A stretch of DNA of 61,912 nt, filler included. It is 3 parts of 3 records of this genome, joined end to end, with 100 filler letters (N's around TTAATTAATTAA, not from the genome) between each part and the next. Parts side by side here need not be neighbours in the genome. Positions count along the whole stretch, not along the records: positions 1 to 29,646 come from DRR378314_291; 2 more parts are not named here. The stretch is one strand, 5' to 3'. The number at the start of each line of letters is the position of its first letter. Position 1 is the stretch's first letter. Below are positions 10,811 through 20,620 of the stretch, piece after piece. The notes below the pieces were generated by a model. That model was not told where the DNA came from, ran no database searches, and saw only the letters and a list, made by a program, of their open reading frames with translations. Both the position numbers and the translations under genes were made by a program.

Positions 10811-12850
10811 ATGAGGAAACTACTTTTATCCAGTGCCGCACTGATGGCGATGGGGGGCACTGCGATGGCTGCTTGTCCTCATGTCACCGTCGCGGACCCG
10901 ATGGGCGTGGCCCCCGGCGCATTCCCGCAGCAATATGAGCTGGCAGAATTCCAGAGTGCCGCCAATTGCACGATGGAAATGTCAGAAAACCCCGACATCG
11001 CCGCGATGAATGCCAAGATCCGCGGCAATCCCGAGATGCCTGCCTTGGCGGATCGTCTGCCCAGTGAACCGCTGGTTGTTGCCCCTTACGAGATGATTGG
11101 CAAATACGGCGGCATGTTCAACGCTCTGTCCAATGCCACAGAGGCCGGCACCTCCGACTTTATGTCTGTGCGCCACGTGAACCTTGTGCGCTATGCGGAT
11201 GATCTGACAACCATCGTGCCCAATGTTGCAAAAAGCTGGTCATGGAATGAGGATTTCACACAGCTGACCTTTGTGCTGCGCGAAGGGCATAAGTGGTCCG
11301 ATGGCCAGCCCTTCACCGCCGAAGATGTTGAATTCTGGTACGAAAACCTTGCCCTTGATCCCAAAGTGATCGAAAGCCCCAAGGATTACGTTCTGGCAGG
11401 CGGTGAGCCGATGACGGTCGACGTCATTGACCCTCTGACCGTGCGGTTCAACATGCCTGTGCCAAAACCCGGTTTCCTTGCGCATTTTGCCAACCACTAT
11501 GCCCAGGGTTTCCAGCCCAAGCATTTCCTTGGTCAGTACCACCCCGCCATCAACCCCGAGGCGGATACGCTGGCGCAATCGCTTGGTTTTGACGACGGCT
11601 ATGCGCTGGTCAAAGCCTACTACGGGTCTTCGGACTGGATGGACACGCCAACCCCGATGCTGGCCCATCCTGATAAGGTGGCCAACCTGCCCCTTGATGC
11701 GGCCCCCACGCTGGAAAGCCACATCGTCACGTCAGAAACGACCGAAGGGCGCACATTTGTTGCAAACCCCTATTACTTCAAGGTCGATACGGCAGGGAAC
11801 CAACTGCCCTATATCAACGAGATGGACGAGATTTTCGTCGGCGAAAGCGAAGTGCGCCTGCTGAAGCTGGTCAATGGCGAAGTGGATTACAAGGCACAGG
11901 CTTTGCAGATCGACTATGTCCCACTGCTGATGGAGAATCAGGAAAAGGCCGGCTTTGTTGTCGATCTGAAACCTGACATCACCATGCCGACAATCGCCTT
12001 CAATGTGACCTCGGAAGACCTTGAAAAGCGCAAGGTGTTTGGCGATCTGAAGTTCCGTCAGGCGATGTCGGTTGCGATGAACCGCGACGAGATCAATGAG
12101 GTTGCGATGTTCGGTCTTGGCGCACCCCAGCAATATGTCGGCTTCTCACCCACCCCTGATTTTGTGGATCCCAAATGGGAACAGCATTTCGCACAGTATG
12201 ATCCAGAGCTGGCGAAATCCCTGCTGGATGAAATCGGTGTGGTCGACAAAGACGGCGACGGCATGCGCGAATTGCCAAATGGCGATCCGCTGGTACTGAA
12301 CCTTCAGGTTGCCACGCAAGGCATCTCGATCAAGATTGTTGAACTGGTCGGCCAGACATGGCGCGATGTGGGCATCAACAACACGGTGAAAGAGGTGACG
12401 TCGGATGAATATCGTTCGTCGCAATCTTCAAACCAGCTTGATGTGACCCTGTGGGAGAAATCTGTGCCGCTGGCGGTTGTCCTTGGCAATGGGGAAATCT
12501 TCATTCCGCCTTATGACAACTATTTCAACATGCGCACCGCGATGCTGTGGGGTGAATGGGTGGACAGCGACGGCGCATCCGGTGTTGAACCACCGGAATA
12601 TGCCAAGCAGATGATGGAAGACGTCAAGGCGTTTCAGGCCGCACAGGTCGGCACACCTGAATCCGATGCCGCCGGTCAAAGACTGGTTGAGACGATGACC
12701 AGCAACCTGTTGTTCATCGGTACGGTGAAAGAGCAAAAGCCGATCTACCGCAATGCCGCGATGAAGAATGTGCCGGAGTTCAAAACCGCGTCTTACGCCT
12801 ACTACCGGACCTACCCTTACCGTCCGGCGCAGTGGTTCCTGGACGAGTAA
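10811..12850 (+). CDS. ABC transporter substrate-binding protein (family 5)
   Basis: SD ggag, signal peptide ending AMA, LREGHKWSDGQPFTAEDVEF and NPYYFKVD. Confidence 0.92.
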   Translation: MRKLLLSSAALMAMGGTAMAACPHVTVADPMGVAPGAFPQQYELAEFQSAANCTMEMSENPDIAAMNAKIRGNPEMPALADRLPSEPLVVAPYEMIGKYGGMFNALSNATEAGTSDFMSVRHVNLVRYADDLTTIVPNVAKSWSWNEDFTQLTFVLREGHKWSDGQPFTAEDVEFWYENLALDPKVIESPKDYVLAGGEPMTVDVIDPLTVRFNMPVPKPGFLAHFANHYAQGFQPKHFLGQYHPAINPEADTLAQSLGFDDGYALVKAYYGSSDWMDTPTPMLAHPDKVANLPLDAAPTLESHIVTSETTEGRTFVANPYYFKVDTAGNQLPYINEMDEIFVGESEVRLLKLVNGEVDYKAQALQIDYVPLLMENQEKAGFVVDLKPDITMPTIAFNVTSEDLEKRKVFGDLKFRQAMSVAMNRDEINEVAMFGLGAPQQYVGFSPTPDFVDPKWEQHFAQYDPELAKSLLDEIGVVDKDGDGMRELPNGDPLVLNLQVATQGISIKIVELVGQTWRDVGINNTVKEVTSDEYRSSQSSNQLDVTLWEKSVPLAVVLGNGEIFIPPYDNYFNMRTAMLWGEWVDSDGASGVEPPEYAKQMMEDVKAFQAAQVGTPESDAAGQRLVETMTSNLLFIGTVKEQKPIYRNAAMKNVPEFKTASYAYYRTYPYRPAQWFLDE

Positions 12851-12962
12851 GCACAGCCTGACTTGATAAAACATGTTGCGGGCCGGAGTGTTGGCCCGCA
12901 GCACACCAATTAAAAAAACGCGCCCGAAACAGGGCGCATCTGCTGCGGGGGCGCAATTAAGG

Positions 12963-13967
12963 ATGGTTCAGTTTTTACGGTTTGCGGGCATTCGCGCGGT
13001 CCTTGCCTTTTTCACGCTCTGCCTTGTTTCCTTTATCGTATTTTCACTGATGGAGCTGGTGCCCGGCGATTGCGCCGAACGCTACCTTGCCTTCAAAAAC
13101 TCGCAGGGCGCGCAGATTTCTGTCGCGGATATCGAAGCCGAACGCATCCGCCTAGGCCTTGACCGCCCGTTCTTTGAGCGCTGGGTGAAATGGATCTTCG
13201 GGGCCTTTCAGGGTGAGTTTGGCGACAGTTGTATCCTGCGACTGAACATCAACCAGTTACTGGGTCAGAAAGTATGGTTGAGCATCGGCATCTGCCTTGG
13301 CTCCCTGCTTCTTGCCTATCTCATCGCAATCCCGGTCGGCATCATCGCCGCAACATCGCGCAACCCGTTTCTGAACAACGGTCTGCGGCTGGTCAGCTAC
13401 CTTGGTCTGGCCTTGCCGAACTTTCTGCTGGCGCTGATGATCATGCTGTTTTCCACCGTCTTTTTCGGCAACAGCCTGACCGGTCTGTTTTCCCCGGAGT
13501 TTCGGGATGCGCCATGGGATTGGCCCAGGATCAAGGATTTCCTCAGCCATGTCTGGCTGCCCGTGTTTATCCTTGGCTGGTCCGCAACCGCCTTTGCGAT
13601 CCAAACTGTGCGCGCCTTGATGTCGGATGAGATCAGCAAGCTTTACGTCACCGCCGCAGCTGCGCGCGGCGTCTCCGGGCGGCGCTTGTTGCTGCGCTAT
13701 CCCGCCCGCCATGCGCTGAGCCCGATCATCAATTCACTGGGGTTTGATCTGAACCGTATCTTCAACGAATTGCCGATTGTCGCCCTGATCCTGACCCTGA
13801 CCGAAGCGGGTTCCCTGCTGATCGAAGCCCTTGCCCGGTCCAACGACCAACAGCTGGCCGGTGCGATCATCTTTTTCCTCACCGCCAGCATCGTGGCCAT
13901 CAACTTTATCACCGACATCACGCTGGCCCTTGTCGACCCCCGCATCCGCCGCAGCATATTGGGATAA
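12963..13967 (+). CDS. ABC permease (OppB/DppB-like)
   Basis: Membrane segments, VPGD, degenerate EAA loop YVTAAAARGVS and C-terminal DPRIR. Confidence 0.9.
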   Translation: MVQFLRFAGIRAVLAFFTLCLVSFIVFSLMELVPGDCAERYLAFKNSQGAQISVADIEAERIRLGLDRPFFERWVKWIFGAFQGEFGDSCILRLNINQLLGQKVWLSIGICLGSLLLAYLIAIPVGIIAATSRNPFLNNGLRLVSYLGLALPNFLLALMIMLFSTVFFGNSLTGLFSPEFRDAPWDWPRIKDFLSHVWLPVFILGWSATAFAIQTVRALMSDEISKLYVTAAAARGVSGRRLLLRYPARHALSPIINSLGFDLNRIFNELPIVALILTLTEAGSLLIEALARSNDQQLAGAIIFFLTASIVAINFITDITLALVDPRIRRSILG

Positions 13968-13971
13968 AGAG

Positions 13972-15114
13972 ATGACAGAGACAAATATCTACGACGCTGC
14001 CGTCGATCAAACCGCAAAAGACGCATATTTCACCGCCGGTCAGGGACAGCTGATCTGGGCCCGTTTCAAGAAACAAAAGGCCGCGATGGTCGGGGCCTGG
14101 GTTCTGGTGATCCTGATCCTGTCAGGGATATTCGCATCCTTCCTGACCCCTTACGATCCAACCATTGCCGGACGGGACAAGGATTATCTGAACGGTGCGC
14201 CCACCATCCCGCAATTTTGCGATGACAACGGATGTTCCCTGCGCCCGTTTGTCTATGCGCTGGAACGGGAACGTTCTGCGAAAACCAACTTTCGTTGGGT
14301 CACAACCGTTAACACGGACAAGCGTCAGTACGTACAATTCTTCGTGGAAGGGTCTGAATACGAACTGTTTTTCATGACCTTCAACACCCATCTGTTTGGC
14401 TTGGACGAGGGGTATATCCATCTGTTCGGCACGGATTCCACCGGCAAGGATATCTTTTCGCGCACCTTTCATGCGATCAATACCTCGCTGGCGGTGGGCA
14501 CCATCGGCGTGCTGATCGCCTTTGTGCTGGCGTTGATCATTGGCGGCATATCGGGGTTCTACGGCGGTTGGGTCGACTCTTTTATTCAAATGGTCACCGA
14601 TGCGGTGCGCACCATTCCGCCGATTCCATTATTCATGGCCTTGGCCGCCTTCATCCCCGACACGTGGAGCGCGGAAGAAAGGTTTTTCTTTATCTCGATC
14701 ATCCTTGGCTTCATCGGCTGGCCTACCCTTGCCCGGCGCGTGCGCACGCATCTGCTGACCGAACGCACTCAGGAATATGTGCTGGCCGCACAGCTTTGCG
14801 GGGCCTCATCAGGCCATGTGATCCGTAAACATCTACTGCCCAGTTTCACCAGCTATATCATCGTCGATCTGGTGATTTCCTTTCCTTATATGGTGCTGTC
14901 GGAAACCGCGCTCAGCTTTATCGGGCTGGGGTTGAAGGACCCGGTGAATTCGCTGGGCGTGATGTTGCAAAATGTCACCAGCGCGGATGTTCTGCTGAAC
15001 TATCAATGGTATTTCATTCCCGTGCTGTTTTTCATTGTGCTTGTCATGGCCTTTGTTTTTGTCGGTGACGGGTTGCGCGACGCCGCTGACCCTTACGGAG
15101 ACACCAAGAAATGA
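13972..15114 (+). CDS. ABC permease (OppC/DppC-like)
   Basis: HLFGTDSTGKDIFSR, EYVLAAQLCGAS and GDGLRDAADP. Confidence 0.9.
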   Translation: MTETNIYDAAVDQTAKDAYFTAGQGQLIWARFKKQKAAMVGAWVLVILILSGIFASFLTPYDPTIAGRDKDYLNGAPTIPQFCDDNGCSLRPFVYALERERSAKTNFRWVTTVNTDKRQYVQFFVEGSEYELFFMTFNTHLFGLDEGYIHLFGTDSTGKDIFSRTFHAINTSLAVGTIGVLIAFVLALIIGGISGFYGGWVDSFIQMVTDAVRTIPPIPLFMALAAFIPDTWSAEERFFFISIILGFIGWPTLARRVRTHLLTERTQEYVLAAQLCGASSGHVIRKHLLPSFTSYIIVDLVISFPYMVLSETALSFIGLGLKDPVNSLGVMLQNVTSADVLLNYQWYFIPVLFFIVLVMAFVFVGDGLRDAADPYGDTKK

Positions 15115-16112
15115 GCCGGCTGATTGACGTCGAAAACCTGACCCTGCAATTTGACACGGACGAGGGGCGCATCACCGCGGTGGATGATGTGTCTTTCAGC
15201 CTTGAGGCGGGCGAGGTGATGGGGCTGGTTGGGGAGTCCGGGTCGGGCAAATCCGTGACTGCCAAATCACTGATGAAGCTGAACCCGCGCAATGCGGTTT
15301 ATGGGCCGGATACCAAGATCACCCTGCATCTGGATGACGGGCCTGTCGATGTGATGTCCCTGCAAAACGACACCGAAATGAAGATTGTGCGCGGCGGGGC
15401 GATTTCGCTGATTTTTCAGGAACCAATGGCCAGCTTTGCGCCCGCGATTTCAATCGGGGAACAAATGGTGGAGCAATTGATGATTCACACCAGTTTCTCC
15501 AAGGCGCAGGCCAAGGAAGTCTCGGTTGAAATGTTGGACCGGGTTGGCATTTCTGACCCTTCGACCCGCTTTGGCCAATATGCCTTTGAACTCTCGGGCG
15601 GCATGCGGCAGCGGGCGATGATTGCCATGGCCCTGTCCACCAAGCCAAGGTTGCTGATTGCGGATGAACCGACAACAGCGCTGGATGTCACCATTCAGGC
15701 GCAGGTGATCGACCTGATGAAAGACCTTGTCAGCGAATTTGGCATGGGCATCATCTTCATCACCCACGACCTTGGGGTGATCGCGCAGACCGCAGATAAG
15801 GTGGCGGTGATGTATCTGGGCAAACTGGTCGAACAAGGCACGGTGCGCGACGTGATCCGCCGCCCTGCCCATCCCTATACCCGTGGATTGCTGGCCGCCC
15901 TGCCCACGCTCGATGACATTGACGCCCCGTTGACACCGATACCCGGTGACATCCCCTCGCCGCTTGAACGTCCTTCCGGCTGCGTTTATCACACCCGCTG
16001 CCAAGAGGTGATGGGCCCACGTTGTGCCGCGGAGGTGCCAAGGTTTAGTCGGGTGGACAGCGATCATGCCGCCGCCTGCCACTTACATGACCCACAAGGG
16101 GATGCCTCATGA
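15111..16112 (+). CDS. ABC ATP-binding protein (OppD-like)
   Basis: [26 protein letters not shown] and C-terminal Cys-containing region. ATGA overlap with the upstream gene. Confidence 0.95.
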   Translation: MSRLIDVENLTLQFDTDEGRITAVDDVSFSLEAGEVMGLVGESGSGKSVTAKSLMKLNPRNAVYGPDTKITLHLDDGPVDVMSLQNDTEMKIVRGGAISLIFQEPMASFAPAISIGEQMVEQLMIHTSFSKAQAKEVSVEMLDRVGISDPSTRFGQYAFELSGGMRQRAMIAMALSTKPRLLIADEPTTALDVTIQAQVIDLMKDLVSEFGMGIIFITHDLGVIAQTADKVAVMYLGKLVEQGTVRDVIRRPAHPYTRGLLAALPTLDDIDAPLTPIPGDIPSPLERPSGCVYHTRCQEVMGPRCAAEVPRFSRVDSDHAAACHLHDPQGDAS

Positions 16113-17104
16113 GCGACAAACCCCTGATCACCGCGCAAAACCTCTCTGTGCATTATCCGCTGCGCGGCAGCCTTCTGGGGCCGAAACCCTATGTCGGGGC
16201 GGTTGAAAACGTCAGCATAGAGATCACGCCGGGCAGTTTCTTTGGCCTTGTCGGGGAATCCGGGTCGGGCAAGACCACATTAGGCCGCGCCATGCTGCGC
16301 GCTGCACCGATTTCCAAAGGCGATGTGTTGTTTGACGATGGCGAGGTCGCCTATTCGCTGAAAAACCTCGGCAAGAAAGAGCTGAAGGATTACCGCACCC
16401 GCGCGCAGCTGATCTTTCAGGACCCTTACGCCGCGCTCAGCCCGCGTATGACCGTGCGCGACATCATTGCAGAACCGCTTGAGGTGATGGGCTTGACCAA
16501 TTCACGCGCGGAAACCGATGAGCGTGTCCGCGAGATTGCCGCCAAATGCCGGCTGAACGTCGAACATCTGCGCCGCTTCCCACATGCGTTTTCCGGTGGC
16601 CAGCGCCAGCGTATTTCGATCGCCCGGGCCCTTGTCTCTGCCCCGAAGTTTATCGTTGCTGATGAAAGCGTTGCTGCCCTTGATGTATCGATTCAGGCGG
16701 ATGTATTGAACCTGCTCAAGGCCATTCAGCAGGACATGGGCCTGACCTTTCTGTTCATCAGCCATGATTTAAGCGTAGTGGCCCATGTTTGCGATCATGT
16801 GGCGGTGATGTATCTGGGACGACTGGTAGAAACCGCCCCGACACGCACGCTGTTTTCAACCCCGCGCCATCCCTACACACAGGCCCTGCTCTCGGCGATC
16901 CCCTCGCTGGACCCTGACGATCGGGGCAAGGCGCAAAAGCTGGAGGGTGAAATCCCCTCGCCCACCAACCCGCCACCGGGGTGCAAATTCCAGACCCGCT
17001 GTCCTATGGCGATTGACCGCTGCCGGGTAGAAGAGCCAGCGCTGGAGAGCGCAGGGCCGGAGCATCACGTTGCCTGTCATCGCTGGAAAGAGCTTGCCGT
17101 TTGA
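16109..17104 (+). CDS. ABC ATP-binding protein (OppF-like)
   Basis: GESGSGKT, FSGGQRQR and PPPGCKFQTRC. ATGA overlap. Confidence 0.95.
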   Translation: MSDKPLITAQNLSVHYPLRGSLLGPKPYVGAVENVSIEITPGSFFGLVGESGSGKTTLGRAMLRAAPISKGDVLFDDGEVAYSLKNLGKKELKDYRTRAQLIFQDPYAALSPRMTVRDIIAEPLEVMGLTNSRAETDERVREIAAKCRLNVEHLRRFPHAFSGGQRQRISIARALVSAPKFIVADESVAALDVSIQADVLNLLKAIQQDMGLTFLFISHDLSVVAHVCDHVAVMYLGRLVETAPTRTLFSTPRHPYTQALLSAIPSLDPDDRGKAQKLEGEIPSPTNPPPGCKFQTRCPMAIDRCRVEEPALESAGPEHHVACHRWKELAV

Positions 17105-17164
17105 GCATCGACATCCTACCCGGCCTTGCAGGGCACATCACTTCCCCGCATATGATGGGGTGAT

Positions 17165-18556
17165 ATGCAAAACGACCTTTCCAAGCTTCCGCAGATACAG
17201 GCTCTGTTGGAACAGCCCCACATCGCTGAAGTGGTCCAACGCTACAGCCACAGCGAGGCCACAACCGCCCTGCGCCAGATCATTGCAGCGTTGCGGGCGG
17301 CTCTGCTGGCGGGGCAGTCTGCCCGCTTTCCCGATTTCACCAGCGCCGAATTCGCCGCTACCCTATCCGCGCAGCTTGATGCGACCCGCGCACCGGTCTT
17401 GCAGCCGGTCATCAATGCCACAGGCATCCTGATCCATACCAATCTGGGCCGCGCGCGCATGGCACCACAGGCCATCGCGGCAATGCAGGGGATCGGGAGT
17501 GCGCCCTCAAACCTTGAACTGGACCTTGCCACAGGGAAACGCGGATCACGCCATAGCCATGTCGAAACTCTGATTTGTGCTTTGACCGGTGCAGAAGCGG
17601 CGGTGGTCGTTAACAACTGCGCGGCGGCTGTCCTGCTAAGCCTGATGGCCACGGCGGGCGGGCGCAACGTGGTGGCATCACGTGGCGAGCTGATCGAGAT
17701 TGGCGGCTCCTTCCGCCTGCCCGATGTGATTGCGCAAAGCGGCGCAACCCTGCGCGAGGTGGGCACCACCAATAAGACGCGGGTTGAAGATTATGCCGGT
17801 GCAATTGACGCGGATACCGCTGTTCTGCTGAAAAGCCATACCAGCAATTTCAGGATTGTCGGTTTCACCGCCAGCCCGGACCGGCGCGACCTTGCCAAGC
17901 TGGCGGCCGAGCATGATGTAATCCTAATGGAGGATCTGGGCAGCGGTGTGTTGATTGATCTGGCCCCCTACGGATTGCTGGATGAACCTGTGGTCGCGGA
18001 TATCCTGAAGGCCGGTGTTGATCTGGTGATGTTCTCTGGCGACAAGCTGCTGGGCGGGCCACAGGCCGGGATCATCGCGGGCCGTGCTGATATCGTTGCG
18101 CAGCTCAAGGCGCACCCGTTGATGCGGGCATTACGGGTGGACAAGCTGTCGCTGGCCGCGCTTGAGGCAACCCTGCGGCTATACCGCCCTCCGTTTGATC
18201 CTGTGAAAACCGTGCCGGTGCTGCAAATGCTGGCCGCCCCTCTGGCGCAGGTCGAAACCCGTGCAAGGTCGCTGGCAGGGTCGCTCGCGGCTTTTGACGG
18301 GGTGCAGGTCGCTGTGCATGAAAGCGCTGCCTATGTCGGCGGTGGCAGCCTGCCTGAACAGGCATTGCCCAGTTTTACGGTTTCGCTGCGCCTGCCCGCC
18401 CCGTCTGCAAACGATCTGGCCACAGCGTTGCGCAGGTATCAAACTCCGATAATCGTGCGCATTGAACGGGATCACGTGATGCTGGACATGCGCACCGTCT
18501 GGGACGGGGAACTTCCCGCACTCACCGCTGCTATTGAACAGATTTCGGCGGGATGA
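17165..18556 (+). CDS. selA: L-seryl-tRNA(Sec) selenium transferase
   Basis: VINATGILIHTNLGRA, VNNCAAAVLL, EIGGSFR and PLP-lysine motif SGDKLLGGPQAG. Confidence 0.96.
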   Translation: MQNDLSKLPQIQALLEQPHIAEVVQRYSHSEATTALRQIIAALRAALLAGQSARFPDFTSAEFAATLSAQLDATRAPVLQPVINATGILIHTNLGRARMAPQAIAAMQGIGSAPSNLELDLATGKRGSRHSHVETLICALTGAEAAVVVNNCAAAVLLSLMATAGGRNVVASRGELIEIGGSFRLPDVIAQSGATLREVGTTNKTRVEDYAGAIDADTAVLLKSHTSNFRIVGFTASPDRRDLAKLAAEHDVILMEDLGSGVLIDLAPYGLLDEPVVADILKAGVDLVMFSGDKLLGGPQAGIIAGRADIVAQLKAHPLMRALRVDKLSLAALEATLRLYRPPFDPVKTVPVLQMLAAPLAQVETRARSLAGSLAAFDGVQVAVHESAAYVGGGSLPEQALPSFTVSLRLPAPSANDLATALRRYQTPIIVRIERDHVMLDMRTVWDGELPALTAAIEQISAG

Positions 18557-20448
18557 ATAGCTGTTGCATGGTTGTGATCGGCCATGTGGATCATGGCAAG
18601 ACCGCCCTTGTTCGGGCGCTAACCGGGATCGAGACCGACCGTCTGGCCGAGGAAAAGGCGCGCGGCTTGTCGATCACTGCGGGTTTTGCCCATCACAGCT
18701 ATCCAAATGGTGTGGTCGATTTTGTCGATGCTCCCGGACACGCGGACTTTATTCAGGCGATGATCACCGGGGCCACCGGGGCACGGGCCGCTTTGGTGGT
18801 GATATCTGCGGTGGAAGGGATCGCGGCGCAGACTCTGGAACATCTGGAGGTTGCGGGGCTGCTGGGCATCACGCAGGGCGTCATTGCCGTCACCAAATCG
18901 GACATGCTGGCAGCTCCACAGCAAGAGGCACGGCTGGGCGAAATCCGGCAAGGGCTGGCGCAGACCGCTTTTGCCGATGCGCCCCTTGTCCCGTGCTCCG
19001 CCCAAAGCGGTACGGGCATTGACACGTTGCATGCGACGATTGAGGCGCTGATTGATCACCCCGCCACCAGTGCCGCCCCTTTAGACAGCTATCTGCCAAT
19101 TGACCGCGTTTTTTCCCTATCCGGTCTTGGCACCATCGTTACCGGCACATTGCAGGGCCGTGATCTGCACCTTGGCGACAGGGTCACCCTGCAGCCCGAT
19201 GGCCAACCCGTCACCCTGCGCAGCCTGCAAAGCCGTGGCGAAACCCGCGACCATATTCGGGCCGGTGAAAGGGTGGCGGCAAACCTGCGCGGTGTCGCCG
19301 TTGCGGAAGTCCCACGCGGTGCGGTGCTCTGTGCGCGGGATGTGGCGCGGCCTTCCACCTGTGTGGACGTGTATTTCCCACCGGACAGAAAGCAGCCCCT
19401 CAAGCATATGCAGGAATTGCGAGTGTTCCTTGGCACCCGCAGCGCCGTGGCCAGCCTGCGCCTGTTCGGCGGTGGTCAGCTTGGGGTGGCACAGCCCGGT
19501 TTTGCGCAGCTGCGGTTCAAGGCTCCGGTGGTCGGGTATGCCGGTCAGCGCATGGTGCTGTGCCGCTTGTCGCCGGCAGAGACCATCGGCGGCGCGGTTG
19601 TATTGGACCCGCAAGCAGTGCCCTGTAAATCGCGCGATGCAGCAAGGGTTCAGATATTGCAGGCAGCATTGGCTGGCGATGCAAAAGAGATTGCACGCGC
19701 GCTATGCTCTGCGGGTCAAGGTATCTGCGCACCCGGTGACATTGCCCGCCTGTCACGCCTTGCGCCTGTGGATGTTGAAAGGGTGCTGGGCTCCAGCTTT
19801 ATCCGCTTAGCGGCAGATGCAATTGCCCCACAGGCAGCTTTGGAGACCAGTAAGGAAAGCATCCTCTCGGCACTTGCAGGCTATCATCAAAGCTACCCGC
19901 TGCGCCGCTTTGCCCCGCAGCAGGATGTCCTGCCCCGCAAAATGGCACCGGTGCTGTGCCGCTTTGCGCTGGACGCCTTGCAGACAGGTCAGCAGGTTCG
20001 GCAACGAAACGGTGAAATTGCGATATTTGATCATGATCCGCTGGCCCGGCTTGATGATACACTGCGGGCCAGAATGGCCGAAGTTGAAATCACCATCGCT
20101 CAGGCGGCCCTGACCGGCCCATCCGAAATCACGGCGGATGACACCGATACGGACCTTCTGGCCCTGTTGATAGACGCGGGCCTTGTGCTGGGCCTACAGA
20201 ATGTCGCGCTAAAACAACGTCTGCTGTTTCATAATGACACCCTGCGCAAGGCCGCGGACGATCTGCGCCAGATCTTTCCCGCGCGGCAGGGATTTACCAC
20301 CGGCGAGGCACGCAGCGCCCTTGGCACCAGCCGCCGGGTCATCGTGCCGGTGCTGGAATACTTTGACAGCATCGGCATAACGGTACGCTGCGGCAATCTG
20401 CGCCGGATGACCGCAAAGACGGTTCCCCCCGCCGATACGCAGGGATAG
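18553..20448 (+). CDS. selB: Selenocysteine-specific elongation factor
   Basis: GHVDHGKT, DAPGH, TKSD, PIDRVF and C-terminal winged-helix motif SRRVIVPVLEYFD. ATGA overlap with selA. Confidence 0.95.
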   Translation: MNSCCMVVIGHVDHGKTALVRALTGIETDRLAEEKARGLSITAGFAHHSYPNGVVDFVDAPGHADFIQAMITGATGARAALVVISAVEGIAAQTLEHLEVAGLLGITQGVIAVTKSDMLAAPQQEARLGEIRQGLAQTAFADAPLVPCSAQSGTGIDTLHATIEALIDHPATSAAPLDSYLPIDRVFSLSGLGTIVTGTLQGRDLHLGDRVTLQPDGQPVTLRSLQSRGETRDHIRAGERVAANLRGVAVAEVPRGAVLCARDVARPSTCVDVYFPPDRKQPLKHMQELRVFLGTRSAVASLRLFGGGQLGVAQPGFAQLRFKAPVVGYAGQRMVLCRLSPAETIGGAVVLDPQAVPCKSRDAARVQILQAALAGDAKEIARALCSAGQGICAPGDIARLSRLAPVDVERVLGSSFIRLAADAIAPQAALETSKESILSALAGYHQSYPLRRFAPQQDVLPRKMAPVLCRFALDALQTGQQVRQRNGEIAIFDHDPLARLDDTLRARMAEVEITIAQAALTGPSEITADDTDTDLLALLIDAGLVLGLQNVALKQRLLFHNDTLRKAADDLRQIFPARQGFTTGEARSALGTSRRVIVPVLEYFDSIGITVRCGNLRRMTAKTVPPADTQG

Positions 20449-20461
20449 GCTGACAGGATCT

Positions 20462-20555
20462 GGAGGTGACCGGAGTCTGGTGGCTTCCCTGGTCTTCAAC
20501 ACCATGGACGCGCCTTGCGGCGTGTGGTGGGTTCGATTCCCATCCACCTCCGCCA
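20462..20555 (+). tRNA. selC: tRNA-Sec (anticodon UCA)
   Basis: 94 nt folded by hand: acceptor GGAGGTGA/CCACCTCC, 6-bp D stem GGAGTC/GGCTTC with TGGT loop, anticodon TCA at 20496-20498, 7-bp variable stem, TTCGATT T-loop, G discriminator and encoded CCA. Lies 13 nt after selB. Confidence 0.96.
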
Positions 20556-20620
20556 GCGGCTTGAACTGGACATTGCATAGAAATCGGCAACACTGCATTG
20601 CAAATGGCAAGGAAACAGAG

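Noticed and set aside
13972-18556. Further Sec readthrough at the TGA stops of the ABC genes and selA
   Set aside because: These proteins are full length, most stops are ATGA overlaps with the next gene, and no redox motif context is present.
20480-20620. N-terminal 47 aa of the 567-aa ORF
   Set aside because: It starts inside tRNA-Sec. The ATG at 20621 has an SD-like sequence and is the plausible start.
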